Source: Marine Group III euryarchaeote CG-Epi1 (GTDB taxonomy: Archaea > Thermoplasmatota > Poseidoniia > MGIII > CG-Epi1). Taken from it: 64,000 nt of DNA. Below, one piece after another: positions 19,381 to 27,936 of the stretch. The notes under the pieces are model-generated. The model was given only the letters and a program-made list of their open reading frames with translations, was not told the origin of the DNA and ran no database searches. Location: NCBI GenBank assembly GCA_001875345.1, contig MIZA01000001.1, forward strand, positions 3,340 to 67,339, written 5' to 3'. Position numbers and translations under genes: made by a program. How positions within the stretch are numbered: position 1 is the stretch's first letter; every line of letters starts with the position of its first letter.

Positions 19381-20361
19381 CTATGTTTTTATTACCTTCT
19401 TATTCATAAGCGATTCGAGAGCGTGTGCTGATATTCGAACAACTTCTAAAGCTTCTTCTCCAGTTACTAATGGGGTTTTATTACTAACTGTGGATTGTAA
19501 AAAATCTGCCAATTCTAGCTTTAGTGGCTCCTCCTGGTTTATTGGAACTTTTATAGTCTCCAATTGTAGATTTGATGAGTAAAGATTAGATTTATTTACA
19601 TTAATGTATTTTGACTTAAATAATTCTATACTCTGACTCTGATAATCAAGCTCAATATAATGCGTTGATGTTGTGATTTCTAACTTTCGAACTTTATTTG
19701 GAGTCAACCAATTAGTTTCACAAATAGATATCAATCCAGAATCGTATGAAAGGCACAAGTTAATGTGGTCCTCGTGAGGTGCCCTCTTCTTGCCCCCTAA
19801 TGCATATACTGAGTTTACTTTAGAATTAGATAGGTAATTAGATATATCTATATCATGTATGCACAAATCAAACAGTACTCCTACATCAGTTATTCTTTCA
19901 GGGAAATTCGATACTCTTTTAGATGTTAGAGTAATTATCTCGCCCCATTTACCTCCATCAATAGCCTTTTTAGCATAATTCACAACCGGATTGTGTCTTT
20001 CTACATGACCTACTGCAAGTGTTAAATCTGTTTTGGCTGCCAGTTTAACTATTTCAGAAGCTTCCTCTATACTATTTGAGAGGGGCTTTTCTACTAGGAC
20101 ATGAACTCCAGAGAGTAGAACTTTTTTTGCAATTTGGAGATGTAATGACGTAGGAACTGCAATACTTACTGCATCTACATCTAACAACAAATCCTCAAAG
20201 TTTTTATGCCATTTGACTCCAAATCTATTAGCTACCTTTTTCCCTTGGCCCTCGTTTAGATCGGCTACCCCTACTAAATTAGAGATTTCACTGTAAACTC
20301 GTGCGTGATTTTGACCCATAGAACCTGTGCCTATAACTCCAGTTCGGATGTTTTTCATCAA
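19381..20361 (-). CDS. Gfo/Idh/MocA-family NAD(P) sugar oxidoreductase
   Basis: GVIGTGSMGQNH is the Rossmann motif, and VLVEKPLS is the EKP motif. Confidence 0.8.
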   Translation of the reverse strand: MMKNIRTGVIGTGSMGQNHARVYSEISNLVGVADLNEGQGKKVANRFGVKWHKNFEDLLLDVDAVSIAVPTSLHLQIAKKVLLSGVHVLVEKPLSNSIEEASEIVKLAAKTDLTLAVGHVERHNPVVNYAKKAIDGGKWGEIITLTSKRVSNFPERITDVGVLFDLCIHDIDISNYLSNSKVNSVYALGGKKRAPHEDHINLCLSYDSGLISICETNWLTPNKVRKLEITTSTHYIELDYQSQSIELFKSKYINVNKSNLYSSNLQLETIKVPINQEEPLKLELADFLQSTVSNKTPLVTGEEALEVVRISAHALESLMNKKVIKT

Positions 20362-20401
20362 GTACCCTTTTTAAGCATAATATTAAAATATTTTCTACCT
20401 G

Positions 20402-21268
20402 CTATTTAACTTTAATTACTGCAAATATTGACCCTAAAAAATTTATTCTAAAAAAAGATATTAAGGAATTCCAAGAATTTATTAACCTCTGACTTCTAAA
20501 TGGACCTAAGCTCATCCTGTAACTAAAATGCTCTATGTCAAAACCTAAATCTATTAATTCATTATTAAGATTATTAGGGGAAAAACCATATTCATCGTTT
20601 GGAATACCTCTAAATTTCTTAAGCTTAACTGTATTAATAAACTTAGTCTTCATAGAATTGGGAAGGAGAAGTAATATTTTACCACCAGGTTTAGTGACAC
20701 GATTCATTTCTAACAAAATTTTCTTACGTGTATTTTGAGCATGCTTATTTCCATAAAAATTTTCAGGTAATGAATCTATGCAGAAACTCAAACTAAATTC
20801 ATTGTCAGCAAAAGGTAAATTTGCTCCATTTGCGTGAATTCCAAACTTAGTTCTGTGCTTATCAATGGCTTCTCTCAACATATGCTTAGATATGTCAAGA
20901 GGGAAAAAAACTAAATCACTATCCAGCCTTTTTTCCCAATACATGGTTCCACAACCTACTGAAAGTACTGGGCCATCTGTACCTTGCTCATTAATAATTT
21001 TTTTAAAAAATGCAAATTGATTTGTCTTTTTATTTTCTTTTATTCCCTCATATCTTCTACCCTTATCGAACGAGACAGCTTTTTCTTTATCGTATATTTC
21101 ATGTTTGTCAACAATTATTTCATCTCCTTTAGCGATAAAGTCGTATACCCCTCTGTTGCAGTCTACTAATATTTCTTTGTCAAATTCTAAGTCTTTGTTT
21201 GCTAAAAAATGTGAATAATTAAAACTTTTAGTTTTGCCTGTTGAAGGATGCTGGATTTGTATTTGCAT
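20402..21268 (-). CDS. Class I SAM-dependent methyltransferase
   Basis: VLSVGCGTMYWE is motif I. LPFADNEFS and KPGGKILLL are post-I/II motifs. Confidence 0.65.
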   Translation of the reverse strand: MQIQIQHPSTGKTKSFNYSHFLANKDLEFDKEILVDCNRGVYDFIAKGDEIIVDKHEIYDKEKAVSFDKGRRYEGIKENKKTNQFAFFKKIINEQGTDGPVLSVGCGTMYWEKRLDSDLVFFPLDISKHMLREAIDKHRTKFGIHANGANLPFADNEFSLSFCIDSLPENFYGNKHAQNTRKKILLEMNRVTKPGGKILLLLPNSMKTKFINTVKLKKFRGIPNDEYGFSPNNLNNELIDLGFDIEHFSYRMSLGPFRSQRLINSWNSLISFFRINFLGSIFAVIKVK

Positions 21269-21272
21269 ATTT

Positions 21273-22196
21273 TTATTTTTGCTTAAACCAATCTATAGTC
21301 TTATTTATGCCCTCTTCGAGCGAAACTTTAGGTTCCCAATTTAAGAATTCTTTAGCTAAACTTATATCTGGACAACGTTTCTTTGGATCATCTTCTGGTA
21401 AATCCTTGAAGACAATCTCAGAACTGGAATTAGTTTTTTTCTTAATTATTTCTGCAAATTTAATCATAGAATATTCGTCAGGGTTGCCTAGATTAACTGG
21501 ACCTCTAAAGTCGGAATTTAATAATTTTATGAGGCCATCTACAAGGTCATCAACGAAACAAAAGCTACTTGTTTGAGAGCCATTCCCATAAACTGTGATT
21601 GGTTTTCCTCTTAATGCCTGAACAATAAAATTGCTCACAACCCTTCCATCTTTAGGATCCATGAATGGCCCATATGTATTAAAAATTCTAGCTATATGTA
21701 CCTTAACATTATTATAGCTTTCATAAGCAACACATAGAGCTTCGGCAACTCGCTTTCCCTCATCGTAACAAGCCCGTGGCCCAATAGGATTTACATTGCC
21801 TAGATATGATTCCTTTTGAGGATGCTCAGAGGGATCACCGTATATTTCTGATGTAGATGCCTGCAAAATAGGTACATTGAGTCTAGAAGCCATGCCCAAT
21901 ACATTATACATTGCGAGAGTTCCCATTTTCAGAGTTCTAATTGGATTATACTGGTAATGAACTGGGGAAGCTGGACAAGCTAGATTGAATATTGCATCTA
22001 TTTTGTCTGGGAAAAAAGGCTTTGTGAGGTCGTGGTTAAAAAATTCAAAACGTTCGTGAACATCTAATTCTGTAATATTTTCACGATTTCCAGTGCTTAA
22101 ATCATCTAGACAAGCTACCGAATGGCCTTCTGTTAAAAGCTTCCGACAAAGTGTAGATCCGATGAAGCCGGCGCCTCCAGTTACCAAGTATCTCAT
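21273..22196 (-). CDS. UDP-glucuronate decarboxylase (UDP-xylose synthase)
   Basis: MRYLVTGGAGFIGSTL, YDEGKRVAEAL, RIFNTYGPFM..DGRVVSNFI and GSQTSSFCFVDDLV form a near-canonical UXS motif set. Confidence 0.85.
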   Translation of the reverse strand: MRYLVTGGAGFIGSTLCRKLLTEGHSVACLDDLSTGNRENITELDVHERFEFFNHDLTKPFFPDKIDAIFNLACPASPVHYQYNPIRTLKMGTLAMYNVLGMASRLNVPILQASTSEIYGDPSEHPQKESYLGNVNPIGPRACYDEGKRVAEALCVAYESYNNVKVHIARIFNTYGPFMDPKDGRVVSNFIVQALRGKPITVYGNGSQTSSFCFVDDLVDGLIKLLNSDFRGPVNLGNPDEYSMIKFAEIIKKKTNSSSEIVFKDLPEDDPKKRCPDISLAKEFLNWEPKVSLEEGINKTIDWFKQK

Positions 22197-23038
22197 AATT
22201 TATTCATTACCCCTTTTAAGACTAGTGAAAATTCTGATTCGATGGACAACTCTAAATGGGACTGAAACCAATCCTTCATAGTTCCAATGTCGTATCTTTT
22301 ACCATTGAATATCCAAGAATAAAGGAGTTGAGTGTTTGCCAGTGATTTCATGGCATCTGTTAACTGGATCTCGCCATCAGCACCGTCTCTTGTTAACTTC
22401 AAGTATTCAAATATATCGGATGTAAAAACATATCTTCCTTGAATACCTAATAGTGAGGGAGCGTCATTTGGTTCAGGTTTTTCAACTAGGTCTTTTACCA
22501 ACATTATTCCTTTCCCAACTTCTTTTCCTAAAACAACCCCATACCTTTTCGTTTCCTCTAAACTTATTTCTTCTACTGAAAAAATATTAGCCTCATTCTC
22601 ATAAAACAGATTAACTAAACCTTTTGTGCAATTAGGATTTCCAGTACATATTGTATCTCCTAGCAAAACTGCAAAGGAATCATTACCTACAAAATCTTCA
22701 GCACAAAGAATCGCATGCCCTAGGCCCTTCTGCTCTTCTTGTACTATAAATTCTAAGTTAGCTATCTCATTAATCTTTCTTATTTCTTTAAGCTCTTCAG
22801 TTTTCCCAGCTTTTTCCAGTACTTTTTCTAACTTCTCCATTGGCTTAAAATGATGCTCTATTGCTTGTTTATGATCACCAGTTATTATTGCAATATCTGT
22901 AATTCCAGCATCTACAGCTTCCTCTACTACCCACTGAATTGTAGGCTTGTTGACTACAGGCAACATTTCTTTTGGTTGTGCTTTAGTTAGAGGTAGAAAT
23001 CTCGTACCAAAACCTGCTGCTGGAATGACTGCTTTCAT
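22193..23038 (-). CDS. galU: UTP--glucose-1-phosphate uridylyltransferase
   Basis: KAVIPAAGFGTRFLPLTKAQPKEMLPVVNKPTIQWVVEEA is the canonical GalU N-terminus. Confidence 0.85.
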   Translation of the reverse strand: MKAVIPAAGFGTRFLPLTKAQPKEMLPVVNKPTIQWVVEEAVDAGITDIAIITGDHKQAIEHHFKPMEKLEKVLEKAGKTEELKEIRKINEIANLEFIVQEEQKGLGHAILCAEDFVGNDSFAVLLGDTICTGNPNCTKGLVNLFYENEANIFSVEEISLEETKRYGVVLGKEVGKGIMLVKDLVEKPEPNDAPSLLGIQGRYVFTSDIFEYLKLTRDGADGEIQLTDAMKSLANTQLLYSWIFNGKRYDIGTMKDWFQSHLELSIESEFSLVLKGVMNKL

Positions 23039-23193
23039 TGATAATTTTAAGAAAATAAAGCGCTTACGCTCCTTGCACTACCTCTCCCTGTCACCCTTCG
23101 ACTTCCTAGTCAAAGTCCATTCGGGGTAACGCAAATACGTCTCTGCTCGTTGCAGCTAGCTTTATCCACTAGGATTTACGACTTGTATTCTCC

Positions 23194-23201
23194 TATATAT
23201 A
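23194..23201. promoter_or_regulatory. Palindromic TATATATA element; candidate promoter for a minus-strand leader or ncRNA in front of galU
   Basis: Sequence cctatatatact. The A/T tract closest to galU (ctttattttc, 23051-23060) is only 14 nt from the ATG, too close for a leaderless promoter. The galU transcript therefore probably starts near 23171, downstream of this element. Confidence 0.3.
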
Positions 23202-23263
23202 CTACACGGTTTTTAGACCGTGGAATATTACTAGGCGCGAATGCTTAAGAATACTCCGTTAGC

Positions 23264-23271
23264 TATATGAA
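23264..23271 (+). promoter_or_regulatory. TATA box for korA (near-leaderless)
   Basis: tatatgaa ends 28 nt before the korA ATG at 23300. No Shine-Dalgarno-like sequence lies between them. Confidence 0.4.
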
Positions 23272-23299
23272 TATCCGTATCAAATGATACGTCTAAATA

Positions 23300-25087
23300 A
23301 TGGAAAAAATTGTAAACGATTTTACGATAAATATCGCTACCGCAAATGGTACTGGCTCTCAGAGCGCTAATTTGATTTTACTAAATGCTTTATTCAGGAT
23401 GGGGACTCACGCTTCTGGAAAAAATTTATTCCCTTCTAATATTGCTGGGCTGCCAACTTGGTACATCGTAAGAGTAAGCGATTATGGGTATCAAGCACCG
23501 GGTGACAATACACATATTCAAGTAGTAATGAACATAGATACTTGGAGTGAAGATATAGAAAAACTTGCTCCTGGAACTGTTTTAATTCATAATACTGACG
23601 TGAAAGCTCCAGTAAATCGAGATGACCTAATTGTCTACCCAGTACCAATGACTTCAATGGCTCGTAAAATTAATCCTAAATTATCTAAGATGGTGGCCAA
23701 TATGATTTATGTTGGAATAATGGCTGAAATGCTAGAAATACCGCAAGATATTTTGGAAGAAGCGATATCAAAACAGTTCGGTGGAAAAGAAAAAGCCATT
23801 GAAATTAATTCACAAGCTTCTATATCTGGAAGAGAATATTTCAAAAGTGAATTAGAAAAGAAGGACCATTTTTATGTTGAGAAAAGAGAAAAAGATGAAA
23901 ATAGATTCTTGATCGATGGAAATGAAGCTGTAGCTTTAGGGTGTATATATGGCGGGATTAACATGTTATCTTGGTATCCAATTACGCCTTCATCTTCTCT
24001 AGCTGAAGGAATTGACAAATATATTCCAAAATTAAGATTAGATAAAGACGGAAAATCAACATGTGCAGTAATACAGGCCGAAGACGAGTTGGCTGCAGTT
24101 GGTATGGTGCTCGGTGCAGGTTGGGCAGGTGCAAGAGGGATGACTTGTACAAGTGGCCCTGGAATATCATTAATGTCTGAATTAATTGGTCTTGCTTATT
24201 ATGCAGAAATACCTAGTGTGATTTGGGACGTTACAAGAGTAGGACCCTCTACTGGACTTCCAACAAGAACCCAACAAGGAGACATATCTATGCTCTATGA
24301 AGCCAGCCATGGAGATACACAACATATTGTTCTAATTCCTGGTAATGTAGATGAATGTTTTGAATTTGGATGGAAAGCATTTGACTATGCTGAAAAATAT
24401 CAAACTATGGTATTTGGATTTACTGATTTAGATCTTGGAATGAATTTATGGGCCTCAAATGGATTTGAATATCCAGACAAGCCAATGAATAGGGGAAAAG
24501 TTCTTCGTACTCAAGAAGAACTCGAAAAAATTGAGAATTATGGACGATATCGTGATGTTGATGGTGATGGAATTCCTTACAGAACATTACCTGGAAGTGG
24601 ATTAGAACCTATTGTTTCAAGGGGAACTGGCAGAGATGAAGACGGAGTTTATTCTGAGAAAGCATCAGTATACCGAACTAATATGGATCGGCTAAAGAAA
24701 AAAATTGAAGGATCAAGAACTGATTTACCTCAGCCAGTATTCAGAGAGGAAGAAGAACAAGATCTCGGAATAATTTACTATGGATCAATGGAGAATACCA
24801 TACAAGAAATAGATGATATTCTCGAATCTACTGGAATGAAAGTTTCACAATGTAGAGTAAGAGCTCTACCTCTTTCTCCTGAAGTTGATGAGTTTGTGAG
24901 GAGACACAAAAAAATTATTGTTTTAGAAGTTAATAGAGATGGGCAAATGTATGGCATTTTAAGAAAAGAAATAGCTACAGAATTAGTACCAAAGCTCTAC
25001 TCTGTTGCATTCAGTGATGGTTTGCCACCAAAAGCTGTAGAATATGCTGAAGCAATAATAGGCACATTGGAGTCATTCGAAATTTAA
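23300..25087 (+). CDS. korA: 2-oxoacid:ferredoxin oxidoreductase, fused gamma-alpha subunit
   Basis: The N-terminal gamma-like domain is INIATANGTGSQSANLIL. The alpha domain is GNEAVALGCIYGG...YPITPSS. Length is 595 aa. Confidence 0.85.
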   Translation: MEKIVNDFTINIATANGTGSQSANLILLNALFRMGTHASGKNLFPSNIAGLPTWYIVRVSDYGYQAPGDNTHIQVVMNIDTWSEDIEKLAPGTVLIHNTDVKAPVNRDDLIVYPVPMTSMARKINPKLSKMVANMIYVGIMAEMLEIPQDILEEAISKQFGGKEKAIEINSQASISGREYFKSELEKKDHFYVEKREKDENRFLIDGNEAVALGCIYGGINMLSWYPITPSSSLAEGIDKYIPKLRLDKDGKSTCAVIQAEDELAAVGMVLGAGWAGARGMTCTSGPGISLMSELIGLAYYAEIPSVIWDVTRVGPSTGLPTRTQQGDISMLYEASHGDTQHIVLIPGNVDECFEFGWKAFDYAEKYQTMVFGFTDLDLGMNLWASNGFEYPDKPMNRGKVLRTQEELEKIENYGRYRDVDGDGIPYRTLPGSGLEPIVSRGTGRDEDGVYSEKASVYRTNMDRLKKKIEGSRTDLPQPVFREEEEQDLGIIYYGSMENTIQEIDDILESTGMKVSQCRVRALPLSPEVDEFVRRHKKIIVLEVNRDGQMYGILRKEIATELVPKLYSVAFSDGLPPKAVEYAEAIIGTLESFEI

Positions 25088-25089
25088 AT

Positions 25090-26115
25090 ATGGCAAAAGT
25101 CAACAAACTCGATTTAGCGCTAGACGAATACAAAGGTGGTAAGTCCACTCTATGCCCAGGTTGTGGCCATGATGCAATATCCAGCGTAATTATGAAAGCT
25201 GCATGGGAGAATTCCATAACTCCTGACGGTATAGCTAAAATGTCTGGAATAGGGTGTTCAAGTAAAACCCCTGCGTATTTCTTAAGGCAAAGTCACGGAT
25301 TCAATACTGCACACGGAAGGATGCCTTCTGTAACTACTGGAGCTAATATGGCAAATAAAGATTTAAATTTTCTTGCAGTTTCTGGAGATGGAGATACTGC
25401 TAGTATAGGTATAGGTCAATTTATTCACGCTATAAGAAGAAATCTAAACATGCTTTATATTGTGGAAAATAATGGTGTTTATGGCCTTACCAAAGGGCAA
25501 TATTCAGCTACAGCTGAGGAAGGTTCACAGAAGAGGAAAAGTGTTCCAAATGAATTAAAACAAATTGACCTTTGCGCTATGGCTATCAATTTAGGATGCT
25601 CATTTGTTGCACGTTCATTCTCAGGTTCTAGAAAGCAACTAACTGCATTAATTCGCGCTGGAATGTCACACCGAGGAATGGCTGTGATTGATGTAATTTC
25701 TCCGTGTGTAACGTTCAACAACAATGAAGAATCTTACAAATCATTGCAATATGTTAAGAATAATAATGAAGAGCTTCATGGCTTAGACTATATTCCACAT
25801 TTTAATCCAATAGAAGAAGTGGAAATTCCATCTGGAGGATATAAAGAAGTTAAATTACATGATGGTTCTTATCTTAGATTAGAGACAATTAGCGAGGAAC
25901 ATGATGTTGGTGACAGGATGATGGCGTTGGATGCAATTCATAATGCTGATGTTAAGGACAAACACGTTACCGGATTGCTATACTTCCAAGAGGGTATTCC
26001 AACACTAGATGAAACTGAAAATTTAGTAGATACGCCTCTAGCTGAATTATCTGAAGATATGCTAAGGCCATCGAAAGAAACTTTAGATGATTTATTGACT
26101 GGTTTTAGGGCTTGA
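25090..26115 (+). CDS. korB: 2-oxoacid:ferredoxin oxidoreductase, beta (TPP-binding) subunit
   Basis: LCPGCGHD and the AVSGDGDTASIGIGQF TPP motif. The gene starts 2 nt after the korA stop. Confidence 0.85.
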   Translation: MAKVNKLDLALDEYKGGKSTLCPGCGHDAISSVIMKAAWENSITPDGIAKMSGIGCSSKTPAYFLRQSHGFNTAHGRMPSVTTGANMANKDLNFLAVSGDGDTASIGIGQFIHAIRRNLNMLYIVENNGVYGLTKGQYSATAEEGSQKRKSVPNELKQIDLCAMAINLGCSFVARSFSGSRKQLTALIRAGMSHRGMAVIDVISPCVTFNNNEESYKSLQYVKNNNEELHGLDYIPHFNPIEEVEIPSGGYKEVKLHDGSYLRLETISEEHDVGDRMMALDAIHNADVKDKHVTGLLYFQEGIPTLDETENLVDTPLAELSEDMLRPSKETLDDLLTGFRA

Positions 26116-26850
26116 TTTCATTTCAACTGTAGACAATAATAAACCCAGCATAATCAGAATACTGGAAACGATTAGTCTAGTAGTAATTTCATCTCTTCCT
26201 AATGCAACTGATATGGTACCCGCAACTACTGGTTGTAAATAAATAAATAAAGCAACTTTTGAAGAATCTACATATTCCATTGCGTAATAATTCAAAGAGT
26301 ATGTTATTACTGTAGCAAAAAATATAGAGTAAAAAGCGGCAAAATAAATCCACCAAGAAAGATTTAACCAAGATTCCCAATTATTATAGATACCATATAC
26401 TGCAACAGGAATAAGAAGTAGAGCTCCGATAGACATAACCAATACAGACAAACCCAACGAACTATGTTTCTCAATCATAGATTTAGATAAAACTAAAAAA
26501 AGTCCAAAACATGTAAAATTAATAAATATAAATACATCACCTACAAATAAATCACTGCTAATATCTAGTTTATCAATCTCCATTAAAATTAGAGCTCCTG
26601 ACATTGCGACAACTAACGATAAAGACTTGTAACGATTCAAGCCTTCACGGCCTAATATCCAAGCAAAAAGGAATGTAATAACTGGAATCATACAACTAAT
26701 TAATGAGGCATGGGCTGGTGTTGTTAGTTCTAAACCCTTGGTAAAAAAAGCTGTATTTAGTACAATTCCCAATAAAGATAATAATATTAAAAAATACCAC
26801 TCGTTCCCTTTTGGAAAATTATTAATTTTCTTGCTGTATAACGAATACAT
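26092..26850 (-). CDS. EamA/DMT-family transporter (annotated start probably too short; see finding)
   Basis: Polytopic with repeated EamA-like halves. The in-frame upstream sequence (to 27009) encodes two further typical TM helices, IYGSLLLVQIIFGFHYL and WTAIRILFAGFIM, but contains no ATG, GTG or TTG. Confidence 0.65.
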   Translation of the reverse strand: MYSLYSKKINNFPKGNEWYFLILLSLLGIVLNTAFFTKGLELTTPAHASLISCMIPVITFLFAWILGREGLNRYKSLSLVVAMSGALILMEIDKLDISSDLFVGDVFIFINFTCFGLFLVLSKSMIEKHSSLGLSVLVMSIGALLLIPVAVYGIYNNWESWLNLSWWIYFAAFYSIFFATVITYSLNYYAMEYVDSSKVALFIYLQPVVAGTISVALGRDEITTRLIVSSILIMLGLLLSTVEMKSSPKTSQ

Positions 26851-27001
26851 TATGAATCCAGCAAAAAGAATTCTAATTGCAGTCCATTCAAAAGGATCTA
26901 CTTCTTCAACAATTATTGATGTTGTTAAATAATGAAAACCAAATATAATTTGGACTAATAGTAAGGAACCATAAATCTTCGTTTTAGAAGGCGCTGGTAT
27001 A

Positions 27002-27745
27002 TTACCACCTCAGCTTTTTCAAATATTCAGAGTAAGGTTCTCTATCACCATACATCATGATAAAAGACCCCATAAACCAACCTGCTGCAGATGTAAATCT
27101 AAAAGCTGAATCAAAACCATCTAGGTAATAAGGAACCATAACCATCAAACCTACTCCAATTAAAAAACCTGCAATCCAAGCAAAGGCTAGGCTATCTTTT
27201 CTGATATAATCAATAAACAGAAATAGATAAAACTGTGAAAATGTGAAAATCGCAAAGGCTGTTGCTATGAATAATTCCAAGGTTTCTGAACTATTTGAAT
27301 CAAAATATGGTGAGAGAATTATGAAAGTTCCAAGAACCATTCCGAAACCTGGAAAAGCCTCTACCAAAACTTTAGTTGAAGGCTTTATCAAAGCATTATC
27401 TGATGACTGCCATTTATTTAACACACGAACAAAAATCAATGGAGATATAAATCTAAATATTAACGTGAATAAAGCTAATGGCCAAAGAAGATGAGGTGAG
27501 GTAGAAGCAAAATAAATTGCCCATAGAGCTATCAAAAAAGCAATACTCAAAAGCAGAAGAATACCTCCAATAAGTAAATCATTAGATTGCTTTTCTGTAG
27601 CCTTTTGAAATATAAGAAGAAAAATTGGATAAGTTAGAATAACTATTCCTAAAAATAAAATAAAAAATGCTGCTACATCTATTTCATTCACACATTGTAT
27701 TGTTGAAGCTATATTATGAAATGAACGGCGAGAGCTAAATGCCAA
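27002..27745 (-). CDS. Seven-TM membrane protein, function unknown
   Basis: 247 aa with seven hydrophobic segments by eye. I recognise no motif. Confidence 0.4.
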   Translation of the reverse strand: MAFSSRRSFHNIASTIQCVNEIDVAAFFILFLGIVILTYPIFLLIFQKATEKQSNDLLIGGILLLLSIAFLIALWAIYFASTSPHLLWPLALFTLIFRFISPLIFVRVLNKWQSSDNALIKPSTKVLVEAFPGFGMVLGTFIILSPYFDSNSSETLELFIATAFAIFTFSQFYLFLFIDYIRKDSLAFAWIAGFLIGVGLMVMVPYYLDGFDSAFRFTSAAGWFMGSFIMMYGDREPYSEYLKKLRW

Positions 27746-27777
27746 AAATATTAAATATCGGGCAAAGTCGGCAAACT

Positions 27778-27936
27778 ATGGCAGAATTCTTCTGTGATAT
27801 TGAAATTCTTCGTAATGAAGGCGAATTTGAAGCTCGCGTAGAGGGTCTAACTCCAAACGTAATGTCTCTTAAGAGTGATAATTTAGAAGAATTATTAGAA
27901 CAATTAACTATTGAACTTGAGGATAAACTGAACTAA
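27778..27936 (+). CDS. Small HicB/UPF0150-like protein (tentative)
   Basis: MAEFFCDIEILRNEGEFEARVEGLTPNVMSLKSDNLEELLEQLTIELEDKLN follows the pattern of HicB-N/UPF0150 domains (beta-beta ... G ... EEal..l.eai). The start is taken at the second Met. The 3' end overlaps the convergent gene by 4 nt. Confidence 0.25.
   Translation: MAEFFCDIEILRNEGEFEARVEGLTPNVMSLKSDNLEELLEQLTIELEDKLN

Noticed and set aside
21241-21576. 111-aa plus-strand ORF.
   Set aside because: It lies entirely antisense to the well-supported UDP-xylose synthase gene, has a low-complexity composition, and is a shadow ORF.
23039-23299. I considered whether the GC-rich intergenic region is a known RNA gene: RNase P RNA (aaagtcc...ggggtaacgc resembles the P4 / GGUAACGC motifs), 5S rRNA (ccccgaa...ggaagtcgaag...ggtagtg on the minus strand), a tRNA, or SRP RNA.
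   Set aside because: The region is too short for RNase P or SRP RNA once the korA promoter is subtracted. There is no tRNA cloverleaf and no GTTCRA T-loop on either strand. As a 5S candidate, the 111-nt stretch has a 3' half that is almost pure purine and cannot form helices IV/V. The short motif matches are expected by chance in 64 kb. I kept it only as an unclassified structured-RNA or leader candidate.
27002-27745. I considered whether the seven-TM protein is a microbial rhodopsin, as proteorhodopsins are common in marine group II archaea.
   Set aside because: There is no lysine in the seventh helix (FTSAAGWFMGSFIMMYG) to bind retinal. There are no DTE/DTD-type motifs in helix 3, and helix spacing is unlike rhodopsins.
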